A stretch of DNA of 54,743 nt, counting the filler, from Basidiobolus ranarum (Eukaryota): the NCBI GenBank assembly GCA_040143965.1. It is 5 parts of 5 records of this genome, joined end to end, with 100 filler letters (N's around TTAATTAATTAA, not from the genome) between each part and the next. Parts side by side here need not be neighbours in the genome. Positions count along the whole stretch, not along the records: positions 32,928 to 43,788 come from JASJQH010000659.1; positions 43,889 to 54,743 come from JASJQH010000660.1; 3 more parts are not named here. One strand, 5' to 3'. Numbering within the stretch: position 1 is the first letter of the stretch; every line of letters begins with the position of its first letter. Positions 40,766-51,729 of the stretch are shown in pieces. The notes below the pieces were generated by a model. It ran no database searches and had not been told where the DNA came from. It worked only from the letters and a program-made list of their open reading frames with translations. The position numbers were made by a program, and so were the translations under genes.

Positions 40766-42103
40766 ATGAGTCCCAGCACCCAGGAAAGACAGCCTACAAG
40801 GAATCCTCTGATTTTCGCATGGAGGTTTATTTGCCGGATCAACATGACAATTTGGATCTTTGTTGCCATGGCCGTTGGCATCTTGGTAGGATGGTTAGCC
40901 CCTTCTTTTGCCAAAGAGCTCAAACCTGTCGCAAATATATTCATTACGATGATTAAATGTCTGATCGTCCCTTTGATTTTCGCCACTCTTTCAGTGGGTA
41001 TTGCTGGTCATGGTGATGATTTGAAGAGAATTGGTAGATTGGCTCTCAAATCCATCGTTTACTTCGAAGTTGTGACTACAATTGCTTTGGCTATTGGTCT
41101 CATCACCGTTAATGTACTGCGCCCTGGTGATGGAGTGGACCTCAAGGGGGCATCAACAGCTGAGGGTATAAAGTATGCCAACACTTCGATTACTGTTCAA
41201 GGCGTATTGGATCATATAATCACTGAGAGTTTCTTCAAGTCTGCCTCTGACAATACGGTTTTACAGATTGTCTTCTGCTCCATCATGTTTTCGCTTGGTA
41301 TGGTCAAAGCAACATCAACCGAATCCAGAGTAGTCATGCTCAAATGGCTCCAGAGTCTATCAGACATCATGTTCGCTGTCACTGGTTTAGTAATGAACTT
41401 TGCTCCCATCGGTATTGGAGCTTCCATGGCTTACACCGTTGGTAGCAGTGGTATTTCAGTCTTGGTCAATCTCGGAAAGTTAGTAGGTTCCCTGTATCTA
41501 GCCTTAATCATCTTCGTTCTCTTGGTGTTTGTTCCAGTTATGCTTCTCTGTCGCTTGCCAATTCGTGGATTCCTCCGCGCAGTTGGTCAGCCTGCTTTGG
41601 TAGCTTTCTCCACTGCTTCTTCTGAGGCAGCCCTTCCTAAGGCTATGGAAAATATGGAGGCCTTTGGTGTTCCAAAGAAGATTGTTGCTTTCGTGATGCC
41701 TACAGGATATTCATTCAATCTCGATGGATCTACTCTCTACCTGGCTATGGCATCTATCTTTGCCGCACAAGCTGGCGGTATCAGTATGCCCGTAGGTCAA
41801 CAGCTTTTGATGATGTTAACATTAATGCTGACATCGAAGGGTGTTGCCGCTGTTCCTCGTGCATCGCTTGTGATTCTTGCCGGAGCACTCAAATCCTTTG
41901 AATTACCTTTAGAGTCGGTTGCAGTTATTTTGGGTGTTGATGCACTTATGGACATGGGTCGTACCACTGTTAACTTGGTAGGCAATTGCTTAGCCACTGC
42001 AGTTATGGCCAAGTGGGAAGGCGAGTTTAGACAAGACCATATTCCTCACAACACAGATGAAGAGAAGAATGTTGAAAGCACCTATGAAAGCAAATCTCAC
42101 TAG
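40766..42103 (+). CDS. Dicarboxylate/amino acid:cation symporter (DAACS/SDF family, GltP/GltT-like), intronless
   Basis: 445-aa multi-TM ORF with 'AFSTASSEAALP', 'FVMPTGYSFNLDGSTLY', 'LMLTSKGVAAVPRASLV' and 'DMGRTTVNLVGN'. Confidence 0.93.
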   Translation: MSPSTQERQPTRNPLIFAWRFICRINMTIWIFVAMAVGILVGWLAPSFAKELKPVANIFITMIKCLIVPLIFATLSVGIAGHGDDLKRIGRLALKSIVYFEVVTTIALAIGLITVNVLRPGDGVDLKGASTAEGIKYANTSITVQGVLDHIITESFFKSASDNTVLQIVFCSIMFSLGMVKATSTESRVVMLKWLQSLSDIMFAVTGLVMNFAPIGIGASMAYTVGSSGISVLVNLGKLVGSLYLALIIFVLLVFVPVMLLCRLPIRGFLRAVGQPALVAFSTASSEAALPKAMENMEAFGVPKKIVAFVMPTGYSFNLDGSTLYLAMASIFAAQAGGISMPVGQQLLMMLTLMLTSKGVAAVPRASLVILAGALKSFELPLESVAVILGVDALMDMGRTTVNLVGNCLATAVMAKWEGEFRQDHIPHNTDEEKNVESTYESKSH

Positions 42104-43132
42104 ATTGATTCTTAGTATACTTTGTAAGAAAACCCTACCAACACATCTAATATGCGCATCCATAACAGTAACATCTATATTTAATGCCGCTACATAATAA
42201 TATCATTGTGATATACAAATCTTTTAAATAAATATGAACTCCAAATGAACGCTTGAGCTGATCAAATACCGGTTGAACTAGCGAAATGGTTCACGTTGTA
42301 AGTACAAGTGAAAAAATCACACACACCAACGTCATTCTGTAATGAAAGTATTCACACCCCACCATAAACTCCAAACAAGTATGCAAAGTAACCCAGAGTT
42401 CTGGACAGTTTTCTCGTTAGTATTAAACCAGTAAGTTCATATGCATGCTCATGAGACTTGATTGAGATACTTATCGCCTAATAAAGTAACTTTCGTGCTA
42501 GCTAATACAGGTTTATCTTTGAAATTCTTGGGCTATTCAATCCCATTGTAAACCATGTAAAAAGATACTGTGTGCTCTGCTTGAGTATCAATAATAATGA
42601 ATGGAGCAACCAATTACTAAATTGTATCACACTACTTCTAACATGATTCGTAGTTGTGGAGCCGAAAACTTGGCTAGTATTTGGCTCTAAATTAAATCCG
42701 TGAAACCACAAAAACTATATACGCGTATAGATGTAGGATATAGGTGCGGGTACATGCATTACCATTTAGTAAAACCATCCACCTTCTCACTTATCCTCAT
42801 ATAGTAGTGATGCGTTGTGATAGTTTGAGAGGTTCTGAGGTTCAAATAAATCGATCCGAACTAGCTTTATTTCTGAACTATATTCTGTATGATTTTTGGG
42901 ATTAATCTCACTTGGAACATTGCATTCTAGATCCAACCCGATAAATCTAATGTGATTGGATTGGATTGGATTGAGTTCTTCAATGTAATCATTTAAACAC
43001 CAATCGTATTGAGCTTAATTTAATCAATTTGCTGTTGTAATAATGTAAAAAGTTCAACTTCTTTAGGTAAAAAATTCTACGTGACGAAGAGTTTTAACTA
43101 CAACCCTTCTATTATTATTAATCTTTGTAAAG

Positions 43133-43788
43133 ATGGAAGATGCAGGAGTATATCTACAAGAATTCATTTCAAGTATGTTTTCATCTCATCATAAATAAAC
43201 TAAAACAATAATAAACTTTGTGTTTTACTCGTTCTAAAGTTATTTTTTTCTTCCAATTTATAAGGCCTTGATAATTTACCGTCCGAGGTACAACATCTCA
43301 TGACTGAACTGGAAAAAAAGGATGCACAATATCAAGGTTTTAATTTGCCAGTTTAGTTAACTATATTTAACTATATGCTAACACTTCTTGCATCTTGTGA
43401 TAGATCTTCGTCGCCAGATCCAACAACGCGATCGCTCTGTCCAAGGGTTCATTAAAACTCATGGTTACCAAGTATCGAACCCCCAAGAAAAGCCCCTGAT
43501 CAACAAAATCCAACGGGATTTTACTAGAGCTCAAGAAGTGGCTGATGAGAAGATTCACATTGCTGAGAGGGCACTTGAGCTGGTAGAGCCCCATATATAT
43601 ATCATTTGAAAAAACCCTTTCTGCTTGCTAATTTTTTATAGATCAGTCGACATATACGACGTTTAGAATTAGACATGCATCAGCCACTTGATATCAACAG
43701 TACACCTCGACTACTAACCCGTGGCAAGCCCAAACCACTAATAGTTCAAATTGACGATGGTACATTTGAGTTGAACATATCTGAGATT
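43133..43788 (+). CDS. ING-family chromatin subunit (Yng2-like), 5' part, truncated by contig end
   Basis: MEDAGVYLQEFIS|SLDNLPSEVQHLMTEL..KD..., 'ADEKIHIAERALEL|ISRHIRRLE' (ING N-terminal domain). The PHD finger is not in the window. Confidence 0.85.
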
Positions 43789-43888
43789 NNNNNNNNNNNN
43801 NNNNNNNNNNNNNNNNNNNNNNNNNNNNNNNNTTAATTAATTAANNNNNNNNNNNNNNNNNNNNNNNNNNNNNNNNNNNNNNNNNNNN
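43789..43888. other. Artificial contig linker
   Basis: N run with TTAATTAATTAA. Confidence 0.98.
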
Positions 43889-44170
43889 AGAGGCATGCAC
43901 CATTTGTAAGATATGAGAAGACTATGGCTGATTTGGCATATGTTGGGGAAGAATGCAGAAGGCTAGGATGTGTCACTGCTAACAAGAGGCCCAGAGGAGA
44001 GATACTCACAGAGAGGCAAAAGCTCTATAATGACATTTTTTCCCATTTTAGAGCAAGTGTAGAACATAGCTTTGGTTTCCTAAAGTGATATAGCATTGTA
44101 GCAGGAAAGTATTGAGGAAAATCATTTTGTGGGCCTCAATCAAAGTTATGCAATGTAGTCAAAATCTAGA
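43889..44170 (+). mobile_element. PIF/Harbinger-ISL2EU (IS5-like, DDE_Tnp_4) transposase C-terminal remnant
   Basis: Manual translation from 43891: ...MADLAYVGE...KRPRGEILTERQKLYNDIFSHFRASVEHSFGFLK*YSI. This matches the family pattern 'D.xY...LT..Q..YN...S..R..VEH.FG.LK'. Confidence 0.8.
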
Positions 44171-44948
44171 TTAATTCTCAATTCATTCACACTCAAAGAT
44201 ATCCATAGAGAGCTCTAGACTGAAGACACCATGAATAAAGCATTCATCATCTTTTGAATGTGCAATAATGTCTAAAAGTACTTTTCTTAAATATATCATA
44301 TAAGTAAAGTAAACTGTTTCCAAAATGGAAAATAACATTGTGGCAGATAGTGCCCAATCATGCCAATTTGTGCTGGCACAATTTTTAGCTGGCCTGATCT
44401 GGCTCAATAAAATGGAAGAAGTTTAATGAGAATCAAAAAATCCAAGAACCTTGTTTTATATAGTTTCTACATATTCACACACTAGATAGATTAGACATAA
44501 CTCAACAACTGCAATATGCTTTACCAGCAAACTTTTTCAACTTTATTTTCTTGTCTATATTCGTTATGTCTATCTTTGTACACCTAGCTATTTTATATAT
44601 CACATATAAGTAAGTTAAGATTACTTAGTAAAATACCACTTGACTGCAAATTGGAACATATATTATATATATAGGTTATTAATGTTAGAATTAGCAATTC
44701 CATATTGGAATTTTCAAACTTGTGAAAATTGCCCCAAAGATGGCTCATTCTACTTGCCCAGATATTCTCAACACAATCCCATTGTTAGTTTCCTGTAGTT
44801 CCACTAAAATATATAAATGCTTCATTTCTGGCCAATAAATAAGTATCTAACAAAGCTATTCAGAACTTCGCTTTTCTAAAGTTCCTCCAAGTAGCCTATA
44901 TTTTCTCAATAAAACTATGGGTGGAGAAATTGCTAAACATCTGAAATT

Positions 44949-45185
44949 TTGGACAATCCTACCACTAGTCCATTAGTTTCTATTCATAGACTAGCTGCCA
45001 AGGAAGAACTGGAATATATACATCAAAAACACATACTTGTAAATACATTGCCAAAGTTATTAACCACCAATATTATTTGCAGATGGCATGGGTTTAAAGT
45101 TGGAGATATAATCACAGTTGAGCATCACAATGGTAATCTATCAACAATAGTTACTATGGTAAACATGTTTTACTTACCAAGGTAA
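44949..45185 (+). pseudogene. RNA polymerase RPB5 C-terminal domain-like remnant, intronless, highly divergent
   Basis: DNPTTSPLVSIHRLAAKEE...NTLPKLLTTNIICRWHGFKVGDIITVE matches the residues and spacing of the RPB5/RpoH consensus N.T.H.LVP.H....KEE...LP.I...DP..R..G.K.G.(V/I)(V/I).I.R. The upstream part has stops and a frameshift. Confidence 0.75.
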
Positions 45186-45230
45186 GCTTTTAGATCAACC
45201 TTTTTTAACATCACCAATTGACATAATATT

Positions 45231-45398
45231 ATGTTACGGGATTTTATTGTGCCCCTAAACTGCATACAATGCAATATGTCAATAGGATCTGTACAAATAG
45301 AAATAACTACAATTAAATATATTAGTTTACAAAATTTGCATTGTGCCTCTAAAATAATGTTAATAGGATTTATACAAAAGATAAACAGTCAGAATTAA
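45231..45398 (+). pseudogene. RNA polymerase RPB10/RpoN-like small ORF (55 aa), degenerate
   Basis: Manual translation MLRDFIVPLNCIQCNMSIGSV...ISLQNLHCASKIMLIGF... resembles the RPB10 pattern IIP.RC..C...IG ... GL.RYCC..ML. The distal CC pair is reduced to one Cys. Confidence 0.5.
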
Positions 45399-45441
45399 CT
45401 CCTATTATAACAGTTGGTATGGCAACAAATTATTATTACCC

Positions 45442-45505
45442 AAGAATGTTACAGTGACAAACTCTAATTACATAAGAATGTTACAGTGACAATCTCTAAT
45501 TACAG
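45442..45505. repeat. Tandem repeat, 2 x 32 bp
   Basis: aagaatgttacagtgacaa(a/t)ctctaattaca(t/g) occurs twice. Confidence 0.9.
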
Positions 45506-45530
45506 AAAGATATTACTTTATACAAATTAC

Positions 45531-45668
45531 TAAACAAGGTTGATCTTAGATGCCTAAAGACCTCTTTACAAATCTATAAAATAAACAAGGTTGATCTTAG
45601 ATCCTATAGACCTCTTTACAAATCTATAAAATAAACTAGGTTCATCTTAAATGACTATTGACCTCTTT
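45531..45668. repeat. Tandem repeat, about 2.7 x 50-51 bp
   Basis: taaacaaggttgatcttagat...gacctctttacaaatctataaaa units start at 45531, 45582 and 45632. Confidence 0.9.
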
Positions 45669-47780
45669 GCTTTATTAACCAAAGGGAATATGTATTAGGT
45701 ATTAGATAATATTTAATCAATGGAACAACTCCTTCTGATTTTGCAACTAGTGTGTAAATCTCATTGGATATTATATCCAAATGGTCAACTAGTACCATGT
45801 TGCAAGTAGCAATGTAAATAGTTTCTTTTGAAAGTTTGGTGTCAGAAAAAGATCTTACATAAAATTTTTCTACTTGAGATGTTGGCTTGTCTTCAAGAGC
45901 AGATTCTTCTGGAAAAGTATTTTTGGAAACTTGTTTGCCAAAAGATTGATATTCTGAATAGCACTGAAACTTGGCAAATAGCTGACTCTTGTTACCATTC
46001 ATAATGAGAATAAGGTCTTTGATTTTGGAAATTTTTGTAAAGAATTCAGCCAAAATATCCCCAACTTCCAGTCAACAAATTTCCTGCCACAAGTAGATGT
46101 GTCATTGCTTGAATAGATTACCCCATGCCCATAATGCTAACACTATATATCTTGATCTAACTCACTAAGAAGTCTGTCTTGCAACTTTCCTAGAAATACT
46201 ATCATATTATCACACAAATAAATTGGTTCAAATTAAAGGAGGGGTTTGTTGCTGTTGTTGCTCTCACACAATGTATAGACCTATGAGCACATTGAAAAGA
46301 GCCCCATGTTGAAAGGATACTAGAGTCTGGAGTCTCCTGAACCCATCACATTACATCTAAAACCGGTTTTGCTGTAACATTGTTAATCAGATTAGCAACA
46401 GTAGTACTGACAACTTTGCATGGAGAATCATTTCACCCCCAGTGTACTGCATTGGGAACTCCCAGAATGTATAGCAAGGGCCTATAATCTCTAAGCTTTG
46501 TGAAACATGCAGCAGGGAGTGTATTGAGTATTGGCATATATTGAGTCTATCATTTTTGAACCTATTTCAAAGTTCTTCATTTGAAACTACATAATCTCTG
46601 CACAGTTGCTGTATTTGCCTGCAATCTGCCAATGTGTGTTGAAGCTGGAAAGATATAATGACAATATCCACAAACAACTTCCAATGTTGCCAATAATTAT
46701 CAAGCAGAAATCTTTTGAAGATTCTGCTTGAATATATACCGATCCAATTTTTCCAGTCTTTGTGTTTAAAGAAATACCTAGATGAGTGGATACTGATGGG
46801 AGTCCTGGCAAAATATGATGGTATCTTGACATTTTCAAACATTTTCCAAATTGATTCAAACTTTGATCCTATCTTGAATGGCTCATTCATATTGAATTTT
46901 GCACTAAATAGCTGAGTTAGTAGTATTGAAATGTTGTGGAATAGTAAGTGCATAGTGCCTAAAGGGAAGCTCTGGCTCCAGCTTATCCCCTTTAGCAATA
47001 TAATCACAGGCTTACGGCTAATATCAAGTTTGATGTTAGACTGACTATTTGGTGAATTGATATCAGTGATCATGTTGAAATCTGACCAGGCTCTTGATGG
47101 TAAAATCATGGAGTTTAGTGTTATATTTGGATAGTAGTAATGTGTGTGCCTGCTAGTGTAAACTCCATTGATTTGACAAAATCTACCGCAATATAGTACA
47201 TTGTGCCCACAAAAACCTCAAAGTTTACTGCTGGCAGGAGTCTCACCAATAAATACAATGATATTAGCTTTAATAAAATATTCACCCATCTGAACCCCAT
47301 TAGATAACAATTCAAATTCTGCAATCATAGGCTGCAAGAAGCTATCTATAAGCACTGGTGATTTAGGTCCAGAAATGATGGATATTATCAAAATATTCTG
47401 ACTCTTATTCCATACAGAAGGAGGAAAATTTAAGTTAATCAAGATTATTGGCCAGCTAGCCATTCCAATGTTGTATTTATTTTGTGAGAAACCATTCAGA
47501 TCCAATGCAAATGCATGATTATAGATGTTCTCAAAGAAACCTTCACTTTTCAGATTCTGGTAGTGCTATTTTTAAGGTATATTAGTTTTAGCATTGGCAT
47601 TTTGGTGAGTACTTCTGTATTGAATCAATTATCTATATTTGGGTCATTTCATCAAAACCTTAGGATAGGGAATCAACAGTATGTAAGATAAATATGAAAA
47701 ATATTTATCTGATTCAGCAATTACCAATTGTGTGCAAACAGTTCCTGACTTCCGGTTTTTCAGATCACCAGTGAAAGCCA

Positions 47781-48036
47781 TGTTAAATTAGGTAAATAGC
47801 AACTTATTATTTAGTGGTTAGTTTATTCATATTCTGATCATTTAGCACTCAATACTGTCATTGAAAAATATGTGCTGATTGCCCTAATTGATAGAAATGG
47901 CAAGTAGATCACTTTAGCAAATTTCACTATTTTCCCAAAACCTCTTTAAATCACCTCAAATTTTCACCTATGCTTAACAGGCATGTTTGCTATGATCTAA
48001 GCATGTCCAATAGTCCTATTTCATAGTAAACTATAA
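47781..48036 (+). repeat. Copia 5' LTR, 3'-truncated
   Basis: Direct repeat of 51730 to about 51985 starting TGTT, roughly 80% identical by eye. Similarity ends near 48036, where sequence runs directly into mid-gag. Confidence 0.85.
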
Positions 48037-49043
48037 TCAAGATCAGTGCCATAAATAATGGAATATGTTGGTACTAGGCTTTTGAATGTGGAATTAAGGA
48101 GACCTAATTCTCAGCAAAATAATGCAGAACAGGCATTTTTTGGAGCTGTAAAATATCTAACAGGCTTCAGTAATGGTGCCCCTAATAGTAAATCAATCAT
48201 CTGCAAGTACTGCAAGAAAGCAGGTTATACTATCAAAGATTGCAGAAAAAAGATTTTTGCCAAAAAGCTAAAATTGGACAAAGCAAATCAAGTACACACT
48301 GATAGGGATCATCTATTTCTGTCAACCCTATCACTAACCACTAAAGAAGACTTAGAAACATGGTACATTGATTCAGGAGCTTCCCAGTATATGTCAAACA
48401 GGAAAGATTGGTTTTCCAGCTTAAAACCAATCCAAACAAGGAAAGTCTACTTAGGTGATGACTGTGCACTAGATGCAGTTGGCAATGGCTCAGTTGTACT
48501 CAATTTAGACCAAAATTCAGCTATAATATCTGCAAATTTGGGTGATGTACTCAATGTACCAAATATAGCCAAGAATCTACTCTCAGTAGGCCTAGCAACA
48601 ATTCAAGGATTTAATTTTGTGTTCACTCAGGCTGGATGCACTTTCACAGATCAAAATAATACCTGATTTAGCTACTAGGAACTAAACTCAAAACTTTTAC
48701 AAGTTTGAAATCAACAAGTTACACGATGAGAATGCAAGCTTGGCCAATACCAGTAGATAAGCTGCCAAATGTGGCATAGAAGATTAAGCCACATTGGGGA
48801 ACAGAAACTGAACCAAATGATCCAATAGCAGCTTGTTTCAGGCTTTGAAATTGGAAATATCACTAAATTAGATCTGTGTGAAGGTTGCATATATTGAAAA
48901 CATCATAGATAGCCATTTTCAAGCTCTAGGGAGATCAAATCCACTCAGAAATTTGCCCTGACTCATTCTGATCTATGTGGGCCCATGGTACATATCTCAC
49001 TAGGTGGGAAAAGGTAATGTATGCCCTCTATTGATGACATAAC

Positions 49044-49325
49044 TGGTGAAAGTCTGGTGACTTGTGATACAAGTAGTTATTCCTAAAGGGGAAAACATGG
49101 AGTATGGTGACTATATCTGAACACATAGTCAAAGGCCAATCAGTTGCTGGTATAGCTGAAATACCAAAGTACCATATATTGACAGACAGGGTTAAGGTAC
49201 CTTGGCATTATAGGCATAGCATACAAGCACTGGTAGCTGAGTGGTCAGAGCACCTTGCTAGAGTGAAGGATGTCACAGGTTCAAATCCTGGCTAGACCAA
49301 TATTTCTCCCTAAATGATTTCAACA
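49044..49325. mobile_element. 282-bp solo-LTR-like insertion within the Copia integrase
   Basis: Interrupts integrase between 'IDD' and 'KYT*VFFLKSKSE'. Ends are TGGTGAAA...TTTCAACA (7/8 inverted match, TG..CA). Flanks ataac/ttaag are a possible decayed TSD. Confidence 0.7.
49227..49299 (+). tRNA. tRNA-like sequence/pseudogene (73 nt; anticodon position reads AGA but variable loop is short)
   Basis: A-box TAGCTGAGTGG and B-box GGTTCAAATCC. Acceptor gcactgg/ctagacc (5/7 pairs), D stem gct/agc, anticodon stem cctt/aagg with 7-nt loop ctagagt, T stem cagg/cctg. Confidence 0.75.
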
Positions 49326-51729
49326 TTAAGAAAATATACTTGAGTATTCTTTCTCAAATCAAAATCTGAAGCCTTAGCTACATTCAAGCACTATGAAGCA
49401 ATGGTAGAGAAAGAATCAGCACCAAAAGTAAGGGTACTAAGGAGTGATAATGGTGAAGAATACTGTTCTAAAGACTGTACTAGTTTTTGTTCTCAGCATG
49501 GAATTAAGCAACAAACTACTGTACCTCGTACTCAACAGCAAAATGGAGTTGCAAAAAATGTTCACAGAACCATAGTGGAGATGGCAAGATCATGTAGCAT
49601 GATCAAAAGTTAGACTACCAATAATGAGCTGAATCTGTCTCCACTGCATTTTATAACAAGAACAGATGCTCAGCAAAATTGCTACAAAACTCTACTCCAT
49701 TTGAAGCCCTATATGGATCAAAATCAAGTGTGGATCATCTCAGGATCTTTGGTTGCATAGCATATTGCCTTATTCCAACTCAAAAATGCTCTAAATTGGA
49801 GCCCAGAAGCAGAAATAGCATACTGTTTGGTTACTGTGATGGATCTAAAGCCTACAGACTGTCTGATACCAAAGATCAGAAGTTGTTCAAGTGCATGGAT
49901 GTGCTTTTTGATGGAAAAGCAATTCTTCCACCTCAAATCACAGTTCTTGATCCAGAAAGCAATATCAGCACTATTCAGGAAGTGTCTGAAAAAATTCCAG
50001 CTGTATCTGAGTCCTATTTAACCAAAATTCCAGTCCTAATTAAAACAAATGATGATTCAGGACCCAGATGATCATCCAGAAGGAGTAATAAGCCAGGAAA
50101 CTGGTGGAACACTTCCAACAGTGATGTATATGCTTATGCAGCATTTTGTGACAAGCCACAGACTCTAGATCAAGCTATGAAGTGTCCAGAATCAAAATTA
50201 TGGGGAAAAGCAATGTCAGATGAGTTTTCTTCACTTCTGGACAATAAACCGTGGGTTTTAAGTCCTCTACTATCAGGGAGAGAGCCAATAGGTTACCAAT
50301 GGGTCTACAAAGTCCAAAACTAGGCTGATGAAACCTCAGAAAGATACAAAACAACAGTAGTTCAAAAGGCTATTCCCAGACTCCAGGGGTTGATTCTAAT
50401 GAAACTTTTGCTCCTGTAGCTAAGTTTAGCTCCATTAGAGCAATCCTGGCACTCTTGGCCATTCATAACCTAGATTTACATTGAATCAATGTAAAACAAC
50501 CTTTTTGAATGAAACTTTAGAAGAAGAGATATATATGGAGCAACCAGATTGATTTGTTGACCCAAAACATCCTGATATGGTCTGTAAACTTATAAAATTG
50601 CAATATGGGCTCAAGCAAGAACCAATTGTATGGTACAACAAGGAATATACCTATTTCAAATCACTAGAATTCCAAAAATGCACAGCAGATCCCAGTATTT
50701 ACATCAAAACAACTGGAAATAGGATCCTTATCTTTGCCCTATATGGGGATGACTTAATCATAGCCACAAATGATCTAGAAGCACTTAATTAGACAAAAAG
50801 TAACTTATAAACTAATCTCAGATGACTGATATGGGTGAATTAAGTTATTTTCTTGGAATTCAAATCAAGAGAGAGAAACCCTATCAGAAAATCATGCTGA
50901 GGTGGTCTAGATACTTCCTAGACATCCCAAAGTGCCTAAACATGGAGAATAGCAAGCCTGTATCAACACCAATGGATATCAATGTGAAATTAATCCTAAT
51001 TTCATCCAATTTGGCCCTAATGACTTAAATCAAAGCCAGGAGTTACCTTATCAAAGCATGGTGGGCAGTTTAATGAATACAATGGTTTGAACATATCCAG
51101 ACATTGCAGTGGCAGTGGGAAATATAAACTAATATCTCAAATTTCAGGATCTGAGCACAAAATTGCAGTAAAATTAATATTCAGGTATTTGAGAGGAACT
51201 ATAGGTCTAGTTCTGGAATACTTTGCAACTCCTGGTGCACAAGACTTCAAAGTCTACAGTGATGCAGACTGGGGAAGAAACCTTGATGATAGAAGATCAA
51301 CAACTGGATACACTTCTCTCTATGGTAATTGAGCCATAACTTGGAATAGTAAGAAGCACCACCATAGCACTTTTCAATACAGAAGCAGCACATATGGCTG
51401 CCCCTGCTACTACACAAGAAGCTATGTGGTTAAGAAAGCTATTGACAGACTTAGGATACATGCAAAAATGTGCTATTACTGTATTTGAAGATAATCAAAG
51501 TTGCATTTCATTAACTAAAACCCTACATTTCATGTTAGAAAAAGCACATAGATATTATGAATCATTTTGTTAGAGAAGCAATGGAGAATGATATAATTGA
51601 GCTTGTCAATTGCTCTACTAAAGAAATGATTGCTGATATCTTAACCAAACCTTTAGCTAAAGTACAATTTGAACTATAAAGATATAAGTTAGGTTTGGGA
51701 GAAATACAAAATAGTTAGTTAAGTGGGAA

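Noticed and set aside
44183-44407. ORF with 'KDDECFIHGVF', superficially like ribonucleotide reductase R2 (DExxH)
   Set aside because: Motif spacing is wrong and other iron ligands are absent. A different frame with TGA-type stops looks more like the original coding frame.
45442-45668. Short direct repeats as a possible CRISPR-like array
   Set aside because: Units are head-to-tail with no unique spacers, in a eukaryotic transposon context.
47979-47984. Alternative Copia LTR end at TTAACA (47979) / TTGACA (51928), giving 199-bp LTRs
   Set aside because: Similarity between the repeats continues about 55 bp further. Only the 52079 end gives a TSD and restores the CACTA reading frame.
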